From the NCBI GenBank assembly GCA_963665095.1, contig OY762069.1:6080001-6144000 (forward strand): 64,000 bases of DNA. The letters are read 5' to 3'. Under the pieces are notes generated by a model that was not told the origin of the DNA, made no database searches, and was given only the letters and a program-made list of their open reading frames with translations. The position numbers and the translations under genes were made by a program. Below are positions 49,382-59,746 of the stretch, in pieces. Origin of the DNA: an uncultured Desulfobacter sp. GTDB lineage: Bacteria > Desulfobacterota > Desulfobacteria > Desulfobacterales > Desulfobacteraceae. Within the stretch, counting starts at the first letter, position 1, and each line of letters starts with the position of its first letter.

Positions 49382-50404
49382 ATGATTCCCGTTCCAAAAC
49401 TTCCTGATATCGGCATCGATGCATTTCATCACTCCCTGAATGGCGGGGAAATTTTGTTCCTGCTCAAAGCTGCCGTGGATCACAAGGTATTTGAATTTTG
49501 CGACAACCCTGTAACTGCAGAACAATTCTGTGCAGCACGGGGTACCAACACCCTATTGACTGAGAAGTTTTTCAATGCTCTGACCGCAGCCGGATTCCTC
49601 ACAAAACAAAATTCAGAGTTTCAAAACACGCCGCTGGCCGCCACCTGTTTTATGGAAGGAAAACCCTTTTATCAGGGCAACCTGATCAGTCTGCTGGTGA
49701 AAACCCGGACGGAACGCTGGAGCAACCTTGGCCGCTGTCTGGAAGAGGGGCCGCTTCAGCCCCAAAATGACAGAAACCGGGTATTTGACGGCAGCTTCAT
49801 CCGGGCCATGGCCGAAGGCGCCATGCGTGGCGGGCTGCACCGCACTGTTGAACATGTAACCGCGCTGCCTGAGTTCAAGACGGCAAAAAAGCTTGTGGAT
49901 ATCGGCGGCGGGCACGGCCTGTATGCCATTGCCTTTGCCCAGGCCAGCCCAGGGCTTGAAAGCGTGGTGTTTGATCTGCCACCGGTTACAAAGGTTACAA
50001 ACGAATATATTCAATCCTATGAGATGCAGGATAGGGTAACAGCTGTGGCCGGAGATTATACCGAAGATGACTGGGGACAAAACGTCGATATTGTCTTTGC
50101 CTCCGACTGCCTGTACCGCCCCACGGAAACAGTGAGGCCGGTTCTGAACAAAATACGGGAGTCTCTGAGTCCCGGGGGAATGTTTATTTCCAAACATTTC
50201 ATGATGGATGAGGGCAGAACCTCTCCCGATACCACGGTATATTTTGATTTGATGGTATCCTTGATCGGCAATTTTTCCGGCTACATCCATACCCCAAAAG
50301 AGTGGTGCCAGGTGCTGGAATCAGCTGGATTTGCGGTGGATTCCCTGGATATCTCCTCTCCGGCAAAACCGTCCATGATTTTTGTGGCAAGGAAAAAGGG
50401 GTAA
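49382..50404 (+). CDS. SAM-dependent methyltransferase with N-terminal dimerisation domain (Methyltransf_2; CrtF/BchU-like fold)
   Basis: LVDIGGGHG, VFDLP, AGDY and L.PGG motifs; wHTH-like N-terminus. Confidence 0.88.
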   Translation: MIPVPKLPDIGIDAFHHSLNGGEILFLLKAAVDHKVFEFCDNPVTAEQFCAARGTNTLLTEKFFNALTAAGFLTKQNSEFQNTPLAATCFMEGKPFYQGNLISLLVKTRTERWSNLGRCLEEGPLQPQNDRNRVFDGSFIRAMAEGAMRGGLHRTVEHVTALPEFKTAKKLVDIGGGHGLYAIAFAQASPGLESVVFDLPPVTKVTNEYIQSYEMQDRVTAVAGDYTEDDWGQNVDIVFASDCLYRPTETVRPVLNKIRESLSPGGMFISKHFMMDEGRTSPDTTVYFDLMVSLIGNFSGYIHTPKEWCQVLESAGFAVDSLDISSPAKPSMIFVARKKG

Positions 50405-50426
50405 TGGTTTGCCCGTTGGAGACTCC

Positions 50427-51563
50427 ATGATGAGATTACACCCAAAACGATTTTCTTTATCTTCGTACCTGGGCTGCTGGGTCCTCGTAACACTGGTGCT
50501 TTGCCTGGCAACGGCCGGGTGCGAAAGCAAACCGCCTTTGGAGGAACCAGGACAGGGCATAGTTCGCATCACGGATTGTGTCGGGCGCAGTGTGGATATT
50601 CCCAACCCGGTGAAAACTGTTGTGGATCTGGCCATCCTTGATGGGACACGCACCATGGTTGAGCTGGGAGCCGCCTCCATGCTGATCGGGGTCAATCACC
50701 GCGTCAAGGAGTATATGTATGGAGAACAGGGAAAAAAGCGAAATTACTGGTTTGCCGCACCCAAGGCAGCGCCTCAATTAGGTGACCTGCCCTGTGTGGG
50801 TATATACAGGGAACCCAATTCAGAACTGATCACCGCACTTAAACCCGATATTATTCTGGTTTATGCCCCGGCCAGGGATATTGCCAGTGCTCTGGAGACA
50901 CAAACCGGAATCCCCGTAGTCTGCATCAGCGCATCCGGATGCCTTGACTTTTCCATGCACCGGATCATGGGGCAAATTCTGGGCAAAGAGCAAAGGGCAC
51001 AGGAGTTAATTGATTTTGCACAGAAAAAGATTTCATGGGTCAGGGAAAGAGTTGCAAAAATACCGGAAGAGAAGCGGGTAAAGGTGTTCTACTGGGGCTG
51101 GCCGCGCAAAGACGCCCCGAAAACATTTGCCCCGTATGACCCCATCGATTTTGCCGGCGGAATCAATGTGGCCATGGCCGCCGATATCAAACCCTATGAA
51201 TCCTATGATGTCACCAAAGAGCAGATCGCTGTCTGGGACGCGGATGTTATTCTGATCCACGGCGGACACCTTCACCCAGCCATCTCCATTGATGATATTT
51301 TAAATGACCCGGCGCTTAAAACCGTGCGTGCGGTTAAAACCGGGCAGGTCTATTTCACCAAAGGGTTTATGATCGGCTGGGATCCGGCTTTAGGCGTCTG
51401 CGAGGTCTATTATATGGCCAAGCTTTTTTACCCAGACCTTTTCAGACAGCTTGATGTTGAAAGGGAGTGCAATGCCATTTTAGAAAAATTTTATGGTGTT
51501 CCGGGTCTTTATTCGGAGTTGCTGTCCAAAAGTCTTTTGCATACCTGGAAAAAGGACGTGTGA
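50427..51563 (+). CDS. Metal-chelate ABC substrate-binding lipoprotein (BtuF/FecB class)
   Basis: Lipobox TAGC, ITDCVGRSV.IP, PN.E.I..LKPD and AVKTGQVY motifs. Confidence 0.88.
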   Translation: MMRLHPKRFSLSSYLGCWVLVTLVLCLATAGCESKPPLEEPGQGIVRITDCVGRSVDIPNPVKTVVDLAILDGTRTMVELGAASMLIGVNHRVKEYMYGEQGKKRNYWFAAPKAAPQLGDLPCVGIYREPNSELITALKPDIILVYAPARDIASALETQTGIPVVCISASGCLDFSMHRIMGQILGKEQRAQELIDFAQKKISWVRERVAKIPEEKRVKVFYWGWPRKDAPKTFAPYDPIDFAGGINVAMAADIKPYESYDVTKEQIAVWDADVILIHGGHLHPAISIDDILNDPALKTVRAVKTGQVYFTKGFMIGWDPALGVCEVYYMAKLFYPDLFRQLDVERECNAILEKFYGVPGLYSELLSKSLLHTWKKDV

Positions 51564-51565
51564 AG

Positions 51566-52690
51566 ATGGAGAACAGTGACGGCTATTTATTGAAATACGC
51601 AGGAAAAAGCCATGGGCATGGATTTTCCAGCACCAGGGATCATCAGCTTGATGCATATATCCGGTATACCTGGAGAAATACGCTTTTCATCATTGCGTTG
51701 ACAGTTTTACTCCTTATTCTCGGAACGGTCACGATTGTTCTGGGGCCGCTTAAAATGTCCATAGCTGATGTGTATGCCACCATTTTTCATCGATTTCTCC
51801 CCAGTCTTTTTTCAACCCCCGGAGAACTGGCCGAAAGAACCATCTGGTATATCCGGCTTCCCAGGCTGATCATGGGGATTGCAGCCGGCTTCAGTTTAGC
51901 GATTTCCGGTGCCGTGATGCAGCCGGTTTTACGGAATCCACTGGCAAGCCCATTCACCTTAGGGATATCTGCGGGTGCGGGGTTTGGTGCTGCCATTGCC
52001 ATTGTTTTCCAGAAAAGTTTTGGCACCGGGACCTTTTTCGTGGTCTCCAACGCCTTTGTATTTGCCCTGGTTACCGCCTTTGTCATCCTGGCGCTTTCCC
52101 GGTACAAAGGGGCCACCCCTGAAACCATGATTCTGACAGGGGTGGCTATTTCTTATCTGTTCCATGCCGCCACGACCCTGATGGAGTATTTTGCCGACGC
52201 ATGGGCGGTCAGGGAGGTGGTTTTCTGGCTGGTGGGAAGCCTGGCCAAGGCGACCTGGGGAAATCTTGCCTATATCCTTTGCGTGCTGTTGTTCTGTACG
52301 CCTGTCCTTATCTATAAATCCTGGGATTTGAATGTCATGAGTATCGGAGACGATGCCGCAAGAAGCCTTGGCACCCGGGTACAAAAAACACGCATGCTGC
52401 TCATGGTGGTTGCCTCGCTGGTGACGGCCACCACCATCTGTTTTACGGGAACCATTGGTTTCATAGGCCTGGTGGCGCCGCATATCACCCGCATGATCAT
52501 CGGGGGGGATAACCGCTTTGTGGTGCCGGCCTCAGGGCTTTTAGGCGCTCTGATGCTTGCCGGTGCCGACATTCTGGCCGTCAATATCATCTCCCCCACA
52601 GTGATTCCCATTGGTGTAATGACCTCATTCATGGGGGTTCCCCTGTTTATTTACCTGATCATAAAAAGAAAGCGGGAAACCTGGTTATGA
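51566..52690 (+). CDS. FecCD/BtuC-family ABC permease
   Basis: IRLPR, RNPLASPFTLGISAGA and IGFIGLVAPH motifs. Confidence 0.92.
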   Translation: MENSDGYLLKYAGKSHGHGFSSTRDHQLDAYIRYTWRNTLFIIALTVLLLILGTVTIVLGPLKMSIADVYATIFHRFLPSLFSTPGELAERTIWYIRLPRLIMGIAAGFSLAISGAVMQPVLRNPLASPFTLGISAGAGFGAAIAIVFQKSFGTGTFFVVSNAFVFALVTAFVILALSRYKGATPETMILTGVAISYLFHAATTLMEYFADAWAVREVVFWLVGSLAKATWGNLAYILCVLLFCTPVLIYKSWDLNVMSIGDDAARSLGTRVQKTRMLLMVVASLVTATTICFTGTIGFIGLVAPHITRMIIGGDNRFVVPASGLLGALMLAGADILAVNIISPTVIPIGVMTSFMGVPLFIYLIIKRKRETWL

Positions 52691-53502
52691 GGCTGAAAAT
52701 AAACGATATCGTGTTCGGCTATAACAGTATTCCTGTTTTAAATGGAGTTTCGTTTGAACTGGCACCCGGAGAGGTCCTCTCCATTGTGGGGCCCAATGGT
52801 ACTGGAAAATCCACGCTGCTGCGATGCATGAACGGCCTCATGCGTCCGGACAAAGGAGATATCTTCCTGGGCAATGAAAATCTTGGGACCATGAAGCGGT
52901 TACAGATCGCGCAAAACCTGGGGTATGTTCCCCAGTCCTTTGAAACGGTTTTCCCTTTAAAGGTGCTTGACATGGTTCTTCTGGGGCGTCAGCCCCATGT
53001 GGCATGGAAAAGAACCCGGCAGGATCTGGAAAAAGCCTATGCCGCCCTGTATCTCACAGGCATCGAAAATCTTGCCATGCGCAGTTTCAGCGAAATCAGC
53101 GGGGGCCAGCAGCAGAAGGTGATTATTGCAAGGGCCCTGGCCCAGGAAGCGCGGATTCTGCTGCTGGATGAGCCGACGAGCAACCTGGATATCATGCACC
53201 AGCTCGAAGTTATGGAACTGATTAAAGACCTGGTGTCTGCCATGGCGCTTGCGGCAGTTGTTTCCGTACATGATCTCAACCTTGCTGCCCGATATTCCGA
53301 CCGGGTGCTGATGCTGCATCAGGGCCGGATTGTTGCCGCCGGCGATCCGATGTCCGTATTTACCCGGGACAATATTGCCGTTGTCTACCACGTTGAGGCA
53401 AGGGTGGACCGTGTGGACGGCAGACCCCACATCATCCCGCTGAAACCACTTCATCATAACGGATCAGAAAGGAGTAAAATTGACCATAAAAATGAATACT
53501 GA
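52687..53502 (+). CDS. FecE/BtuD-family ABC ATPase
   Basis: GPNGTGKS, ISGGQQQ, LLLDEPT and HDLNLA motifs. Confidence 0.93.
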   Translation: MRLKINDIVFGYNSIPVLNGVSFELAPGEVLSIVGPNGTGKSTLLRCMNGLMRPDKGDIFLGNENLGTMKRLQIAQNLGYVPQSFETVFPLKVLDMVLLGRQPHVAWKRTRQDLEKAYAALYLTGIENLAMRSFSEISGGQQQKVIIARALAQEARILLLDEPTSNLDIMHQLEVMELIKDLVSAMALAAVVSVHDLNLAARYSDRVLMLHQGRIVAAGDPMSVFTRDNIAVVYHVEARVDRVDGRPHIIPLKPLHHNGSERSKIDHKNEY

Positions 53503-55087
53503 CATTGGGAAAGCCCTTTTCCTTCTTGTTGCCGGCTGTGTGCTTGCCTGCAATGGCCTGTTTGGCTGTTCATCTTCAAAAGAGAGCGAACAGGGGGATA
53601 AAAAAATATTGGTCATTGGTTCCCAGTTCGATATTGGCGGGAGCATTGATCCCCGGCAGGGGATTGGCGGGCCCAGCCTTTCGCCTAAGCTGCTTGTATT
53701 TGAAACCCCGGTCTATTTTGATGAAAATTACAAAATGCAGCCCCTGCTGCTGACCTCCTGGGATGCATCGCCGGATGCAAAAACATGGACGGTTCATCTG
53801 CGCCAGGGCGTCTCATTTACGGATGGCTCGCCATTTAATGCTGAGGCGCTTATTTTTTCTGTCCGGTACATGGCAGGGCCCAGGTCAAAGCTGTCCAATG
53901 TTCAGGCCATGGATCCGCTGGATGAATACACCTTGCGTTTTTCTTTAAAACATCCCGATGCCATCTTCATGCACACCATATCCTCACTGGGAATAATGAG
54001 CCCTGCGTGTGTGGACAAAGAAGGCCGGTTTATCAAGGCCGTGGGGACCGGACCGTTCAAGTACGTCAGTTATTCTGAAGGCCGCGAGCTGGTTTATCAG
54101 AAAAATGCCGATTACTGGGGAGAGGCGCCAAAAGCCGACGGGGTGATTATTAAAATGATCCCTGATTTTAATACCCGGGCAATGGCCCTGGAGTCAGGTG
54201 AAGTTGATGTGGCCGACTACCTGCCAGCCGAAGTCCTCAAGAAGCTGGAAGCGGATACCGGCTTTTCGGTGATACGCAGGATCCCAAGTCCCTGTCCCAA
54301 CTGGATCGGGATGAATACAAAAAAGGAACCTTTTGATGATGTAAGGGTTCGAAAGGCTGTCAACTATAGCGTTGACGTGGTGGGCATTGTTGATAAACTG
54401 ATCAACTCCATTCTGTCTGACTTAGCTGTACCGGCAACCCGCGGCCCCCATTCCCAGCCGTTATTCAACCACATCATGAATCCTGATTTGGCATGGTACG
54501 GCTATGATCCTGCAAAGGCAAGACAGTTGCTTTCGGATGCCGGGTGGGTGGATACGGACGGTGATGGCGTGGTGGAGAAAAATGGAAAACCCTTCCGGGT
54601 CGAGTTGATATCTTCTTTGCTGTATGCAGAAGGAACTGAGATTGCCGAAGCCATTCAAAGCCAGATGAAAGCTGTGGGGATGGATGTCTCCGTTCGTGTG
54701 CTGGAGTCTGGTGCACGGTTTCAGGCCTATAGAGAGAAAAAATATGACCTGATCGAGCTTGGGGGGATTTGTCCGCATAACGATCCTTCGCCATGGTATG
54801 AATACTTTTTTCATTCCCGGAAACATCGCGCTTACGCCATCATGGAAGACCCGGCAATTGATGCTGAGATTGACCGGCTGTCATCGGCCGTTGGCCCGGA
54901 ATCCAGAAAAAAGTGTTTTTACCGGCTGCAATCCCTTTTGGAAGAAAGCGCGCCGGGAATATTTTTATACAGTCAGCAGGGCGTCATGGCGTTTCGCAGC
55001 CAGGTAACCGGAATTAAGATCAACTGCGGAATGACAGGGGCTTACTCCTATGCCAGGTACGTGGATAAACAGGCCTGTGGCGACTGA
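53480..55087 (+). CDS. Family-5 ABC substrate-binding lipoprotein (NikA/DppA-like)
   Basis: AAGGAG RBS before TTG; Cys-containing signal peptide; LRQGVSFTDGSPFNA, GTGPF and DTDGDG motifs. Confidence 0.88.
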   Translation: MTIKMNTDIGKALFLLVAGCVLACNGLFGCSSSKESEQGDKKILVIGSQFDIGGSIDPRQGIGGPSLSPKLLVFETPVYFDENYKMQPLLLTSWDASPDAKTWTVHLRQGVSFTDGSPFNAEALIFSVRYMAGPRSKLSNVQAMDPLDEYTLRFSLKHPDAIFMHTISSLGIMSPACVDKEGRFIKAVGTGPFKYVSYSEGRELVYQKNADYWGEAPKADGVIIKMIPDFNTRAMALESGEVDVADYLPAEVLKKLEADTGFSVIRRIPSPCPNWIGMNTKKEPFDDVRVRKAVNYSVDVVGIVDKLINSILSDLAVPATRGPHSQPLFNHIMNPDLAWYGYDPAKARQLLSDAGWVDTDGDGVVEKNGKPFRVELISSLLYAEGTEIAEAIQSQMKAVGMDVSVRVLESGARFQAYREKKYDLIELGGICPHNDPSPWYEYFFHSRKHRAYAIMEDPAIDAEIDRLSSAVGPESRKKCFYRLQSLLEESAPGIFLYSQQGVMAFRSQVTGIKINCGMTGAYSYARYVDKQACGD

Positions 55088-55094
55088 GCATTAA

Positions 55095-56039
55095 ATGAAA
55101 GCTTATATTTTAAATCGGATCGCATGGACAGTGGCGGTGGTAATCGGGGTTACCATGCTGACCTTTTTCCTGCTGTTTGTCCTTCCCGGCGACCCTGCCG
55201 AGATGCTGGCCATTTCAAAGTACGGTGCACAGGACGCCACAAAGGAAGCCATTGAAAGGATTCGGGTTCAAGAAGGGCTCAACCGGCCCATTCCGGTTCA
55301 GTATGCACTATGGCTAAGCGGTGTGCTGACCGGTGATCTGGGGAAATCCAGGTTGTCCGGTAAACCTGTATGGGAGAGCATTGTTAAAAGGCTTCCTGCC
55401 ACTCTAATACTTGCCGGTACAAGTCTTTTGCTGTCTCTTTGCATGGGCATGGTCTTTGGGATCATTGCGGCGGTGAGGCAGAATACATTCTGGGACTACT
55501 TTTTCACCGGCGGATCACTGATGGGCGTTGCCATCCCCAATTTCTGGTTCGGGCTGATGTTGATTTTAATTTTTGGATTATATTTCAATCTGTTGCCGAC
55601 ATTCGGTTACGGCACATGGCGGCACATTATTTTGCCTGCGGTAACGGTGGCGGTATCAATGGTCGGCATCACGGCGCGTCTGACCCGGTCCACCGTGATT
55701 GAGGTGCTGTCCCGGGATTATATAAAGACCGCAAGAGCCAAAGGGCTGTCCGGTGATGTGATCCTTTATCGCCATGTGATTAAAAACGCGTTGATTCCCA
55801 TTATTACCATTGCAGGCATCCAGTGCGGACACCTGCTCGAGGGTACTGTTATTGTTGAAATGGTGTTTGCATGGCCCGGTATCGGCCGGCTGTTGATCAA
55901 CGCTGTCCAGAACCGGGATTTCCCGGTAATCCAGGGCTGCGTACTCTATATCGCGTTCATTTTTTGTCTGATGAATCTTTTGCTTGATCTCGCCTACATG
56001 TATATAGACCCGCGGGTCAGGTTGGTGCAGCATGATTGA
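55095..56039 (+). CDS. NikB/DppB-like ABC permease
   Basis: PGDPA, GDLG.S, TARAKG and IDPR motifs. Confidence 0.92.
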   Translation: MKAYILNRIAWTVAVVIGVTMLTFFLLFVLPGDPAEMLAISKYGAQDATKEAIERIRVQEGLNRPIPVQYALWLSGVLTGDLGKSRLSGKPVWESIVKRLPATLILAGTSLLLSLCMGMVFGIIAAVRQNTFWDYFFTGGSLMGVAIPNFWFGLMLILIFGLYFNLLPTFGYGTWRHIILPAVTVAVSMVGITARLTRSTVIEVLSRDYIKTARAKGLSGDVILYRHVIKNALIPIITIAGIQCGHLLEGTVIVEMVFAWPGIGRLLINAVQNRDFPVIQGCVLYIAFIFCLMNLLLDLAYMYIDPRVRLVQHD

Positions 56040-56883
56040 CATCCCCGACAACATCAGGCGGCTTGCCCGGCACCGGCTGGCCCTTGCCGGTGGAATCATC
56101 ATTATAATAATGGCCGGTATGGCCATCCTGGCCCCGTATCTTGTTCCCCATGATCCGGCAATCGTGGATTTGGACCACAGCCTTGTTAAACCCTGTACAG
56201 ACTACCCCATGGGCACCAATAAACTGGGCAGATGTGTGTTGTCCCAGTTGATTTTTGGCGCAAGGATTACTATTGGCACCGGTATACTGGTGGTTCTGGC
56301 GACAGCTGCAATCGGTATGATGATCGGTATTGTATCCGGCTATTTCGGCGGACTGACCGATACGCTTATCATGCGGTTTACCGATATGATGCTGGCGCTG
56401 CCCGGGATCATTCTGGCATTAATCATTGCCGGACTGCTTGGTCCGGGCATCTTTAATCTCATGCTTGCCCTGGTGGTCACCGGCTGGACCGGATTTGCCA
56501 GGGTGGTGCGCGGTACGGTGCTGTCACTCAAGGAGTCCGGGTTTATCGAGTCTGCCAGAGTGCTGGGCGCATCTGAAATTTACATCATCCGTGTTCACAT
56601 TATTCCCAATTGTCTGTCCCCGGTGATTATCCTGTCCACCTTTGGTGTGGCCCGGGCCATTCTGGCCATATCTGCATTGAGTTTTCTGGGGCTGGGTTCC
56701 CAGCCTCCGAACCTGGACTGGGGCTTCATGCTTAAGGACAGTGTCATGTACATGCGGACAGCCCCCTATCTCGCGATTTATCCCGGTCTGGCCGTTATGA
56801 TATCCGTGCTTGCATTTAATTTCTTCGGTGACGGCTTAAGGGATTATTTTGATGTGGCAGAAAACCAGGGCCGGGATTTGTAA
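56032..56883 (+). CDS. NikC/DppC-like ABC permease
   Basis: GT..LGR, ARVVRG, LSFLGLG and GDGLRD motifs. Confidence 0.92.
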   Translation: MIDIPDNIRRLARHRLALAGGIIIIIMAGMAILAPYLVPHDPAIVDLDHSLVKPCTDYPMGTNKLGRCVLSQLIFGARITIGTGILVVLATAAIGMMIGIVSGYFGGLTDTLIMRFTDMMLALPGIILALIIAGLLGPGIFNLMLALVVTGWTGFARVVRGTVLSLKESGFIESARVLGASEIYIIRVHIIPNCLSPVIILSTFGVARAILAISALSFLGLGSQPPNLDWGFMLKDSVMYMRTAPYLAIYPGLAVMISVLAFNFFGDGLRDYFDVAENQGRDL

Positions 56884-57824
56884 TGGAACTGCTGTCGATT
56901 CAAAATTTAAACGTGTGGTTTGACACAGGCCGTGCCACGGTCAAAGCCAATGACGGCATTGATTTAACCATCTGCCACAGTGAAAGAATCGGCATCATCG
57001 GTGAGACCGGATGCGGAAAAACCATTCTTGGTCATGCGTTGATGCGGCTGTTACCGTCAAATTCCCAGCTGCAGGGACAGATTTTTTATAAGGGAGAGGA
57101 TATCCTTTCGCTGCCTGAACAAGCGCTGCAGAGGATTCGCGGCAGGCAGATCGCAATGATATTTCAGAATCCCCGCCTGGCCTTGAATCCGGTGATGACC
57201 ATTTATGACCAGATCATGGAAATTTACCGGTACCGTCTGGGCATGCCAAAGGAAGAGATCACGGCGGCGGTTACCCGGGTGCTGGAGATGGTTGGGGTTG
57301 ATTCCGGGCGAATGAAAGAATACCCCCATCAGTTCAGTGGCGGGATGAATCAGCGGGTGATGATCGCCATGGCAATGGCATTCAACCCTGAACTGCTGGT
57401 GGCGGATGAAATAACCAAGGGGCTGGATCTGCCGGTAAAACGCAAAATTGTCAGGCAGCTGGCCCAGGTGACAACGGGCCGCAGCATGCTTTTGATTACC
57501 CATGATCTGTCTGTGGCCAAAGCGCTTTGCGACCGGATTGCGGTGATGTATGCCGGTGAGCTTGTGGAGATCAATCATACAGATGCCATATTCAATAATC
57601 CCATTCACCCTTACACAAGGGGACTGATAAATGCGTTGCCTTCATCCGGAATGCAGCCCATTGAGGGTCACACGCCGAGTTTGAGTGATCTTCCCGACGG
57701 CTGCCGGTTTCATCCACGATGTAAGGTAAAGAAAAACCTGTGTCTGCGATCCCATCCGCAGATGCAGAAATATGCAAACGGTGGGTATGTCAGGTGCTTT
57801 ATAAATGCCGGTACTGATTGTTGA
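56883..57824 (+). CDS. NikD/DppD-like ABC ATPase with C-terminal Cys cluster
   Basis: GETGCGKT, YPHQFSGGM, HPYT and GCRFHPRC motifs. Confidence 0.92.
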   Translation: MELLSIQNLNVWFDTGRATVKANDGIDLTICHSERIGIIGETGCGKTILGHALMRLLPSNSQLQGQIFYKGEDILSLPEQALQRIRGRQIAMIFQNPRLALNPVMTIYDQIMEIYRYRLGMPKEEITAAVTRVLEMVGVDSGRMKEYPHQFSGGMNQRVMIAMAMAFNPELLVADEITKGLDLPVKRKIVRQLAQVTTGRSMLLITHDLSVAKALCDRIAVMYAGELVEINHTDAIFNNPIHPYTRGLINALPSSGMQPIEGHTPSLSDLPDGCRFHPRCKVKKNLCLRSHPQMQKYANGGYVRCFINAGTDC

Positions 57825-58569
57825 GAAGTTGACAAAATATTTTGAATCCGGCCTTTTCCAAAGGAAAAAGCAAAAAGCCGTTGAGGGGGTCTCTTTTGAG
57901 ATTTTAAAGGGGGAGACCCTGGGCTTGATCGGTGAAAGCGGCAGCGGCAAAACAACCATTGCCCGTATGATTCTAAAACTGATTGAGCCTTCGGCCGGGC
58001 ATATCTTCTTCAATGGCGCCGATGTCACACAGACCGGCAGAAAACAGACAAGGGGGATACGGAAAGAGATGCAGATGGTGTTTCAGAATCCTGAAACCGC
58101 GTTTAATCCGAAAATGAAGCTTAAGCACAGTATGGCGGAGCCTTTGCGGGTCCACAGGCTTGTCAGACGGAAGGATGAAGAGGAAAAGGTGGTCGAAATG
58201 GCCAGGCGTCTTGACCTGAACACAGAGCTTTTAGACAGATACCCCCATGAGTTAAGCGGCGGACAGATCCAGAGAGCCGTATTGGCAAGGGTTCTGTGCC
58301 TGAATCCTAAACTCATTGTATTGGATGAACCCACATCCATGCTGGATGTGTCCTATCAGGCGCAGATATTAAATTTACTCAAGGAGATACAGCAGGCATG
58401 TAACATCTCTTATCTCTTCATTTCACATGATCTGGATGTGGTCAATTTTATGAGTGATAAAATCGGCGTGCTGCATACCGGGAAACTGGTCGAATACGGG
58501 TTCAGGGATCAGGTTCTGAAAGCCCCCCGGCACTGGTATACAAAAGAGTTGATTTCCAATGGCCTTTGA
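57805..58569 (+). CDS. NikE/DppF-like ABC ATPase
   Basis: GESGSGKT, YPHELSGGQ, DEPTS.LD and ISHDL motifs. Confidence 0.92.
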   Translation: MPVLIVEKLTKYFESGLFQRKKQKAVEGVSFEILKGETLGLIGESGSGKTTIARMILKLIEPSAGHIFFNGADVTQTGRKQTRGIRKEMQMVFQNPETAFNPKMKLKHSMAEPLRVHRLVRRKDEEEKVVEMARRLDLNTELLDRYPHELSGGQIQRAVLARVLCLNPKLIVLDEPTSMLDVSYQAQILNLLKEIQQACNISYLFISHDLDVVNFMSDKIGVLHTGKLVEYGFRDQVLKAPRHWYTKELISNGL

Positions 58570-58716
58570 TTGGGAACGCCCATAAATTGAATGGCATGAT
58601 TTGGCAAAAGTAGCATAGGCGATGGGTATGGATGATGCGCAAACAACGTTAAAATCGGATCTAAGGAAGATGACCGTTGTCTTTCAATTCTAAAATAATG
58701 GCAGGAGGAATATCAA

Positions 58717-59595
58717 ATGGAATCGGAAAAAATAGTGACCCCTGAATTCTGGAAATCTCAATGGGAGTCCAGCCGAAAGTCATCTTTTTATGCCCGGAAA
58801 AAAATTCGTAGCGAATCCGAAACAGTAAAATTCTGGGATGACATGGCCCCTGAATACGGGAAAATGACATCTGAGAGATCAGGTGACCGTGTACAAAGGG
58901 TTATTGAACTGCTCGAACGGGACAATATCCTTACGCCTGACGCGCGGGTTCTGGATGTCGGGTGCGGACCTGGGAACTATGCACTGCCTGTTGCCAGGCG
59001 TTGCACGCATGTCACCGCACTGGACAGTTCATCGGGCATGTGTGACATCCTTGAAAAAGAAGCAGAAAACAAAAACCAGGAAAACATAAAAGTCATTTGT
59101 AATCCATGGGGAGATATCGATCTTGAAAAAGAGTCTCTGGATAAAAGATTTGATCTTGTTTTTGCATCCATGACACCGGCTGTCTGGGATTATGACTCTC
59201 TTAACAAGATGATCCGGGCGTCTGACAGATATTGTTGCCTGATTACGACAACCGGAAAAGGGTTTGGCAATTCAAGGTATGATATCTGGCGCAAGGTGTT
59301 TCAGGAAGAAAACACAACCCATCAATCCGGGTTTATATTTATTTTTAATCTGCTGTTCAGCTTAGGTTATCGGCCGGTTGTTCAATATTTAAATTTTGTA
59401 TGGGACAGGGAAGACCCGGAAGAAAAGGTCGTTAAAAGGCTGCTTCGCTCTTTGTGGTTATATACGGAAATAACGCCGGATATAACTGAACTGGTTACCC
59501 ACTATGTGAAAGAACGTTCAGAAGGCGGCATTTTCAGGGAGAAGGCAGACACCTGCCTGGGTATGATGGTCTGGGATGTTAATATCAAAGAGTGA
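58717..59595 (+). CDS. Class I SAM-dependent methyltransferase
   Basis: FWDDMA..Y, VLDVGCGPG, LD.S..M and FDLVFASM motifs. Confidence 0.88.
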   Translation: MESEKIVTPEFWKSQWESSRKSSFYARKKIRSESETVKFWDDMAPEYGKMTSERSGDRVQRVIELLERDNILTPDARVLDVGCGPGNYALPVARRCTHVTALDSSSGMCDILEKEAENKNQENIKVICNPWGDIDLEKESLDKRFDLVFASMTPAVWDYDSLNKMIRASDRYCCLITTTGKGFGNSRYDIWRKVFQEENTTHQSGFIFIFNLLFSLGYRPVVQYLNFVWDREDPEEKVVKRLLRSLWLYTEITPDITELVTHYVKERSEGGIFREKADTCLGMMVWDVNIKE

Positions 59596-59746
59596 TGGCG
59601 TTGTAAAAAGTCTCCGCCTACTTCGTTATGGTCTCTGACCAGACGCTCGACATACTATGTGTATGACTTCGCCCCTGGTCAGACACCATGCCTTGTAGGC
59701 GAAGATTTTTACTTAGCCATTGGATGGAGTTTTAACCGGTTCATCA
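59593..59746 (+). repeat. Palindromic ERIC/MITE-like repeat, copy 3 (more diverged)
   Basis: Ends TGATG...CATCA flanked by AAGAG direct repeats; inner stem TCTGACCAG/CTGGTCAGA; shares CGTT...GCCTTG architecture with copies 1 and 2. Confidence 0.7.
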
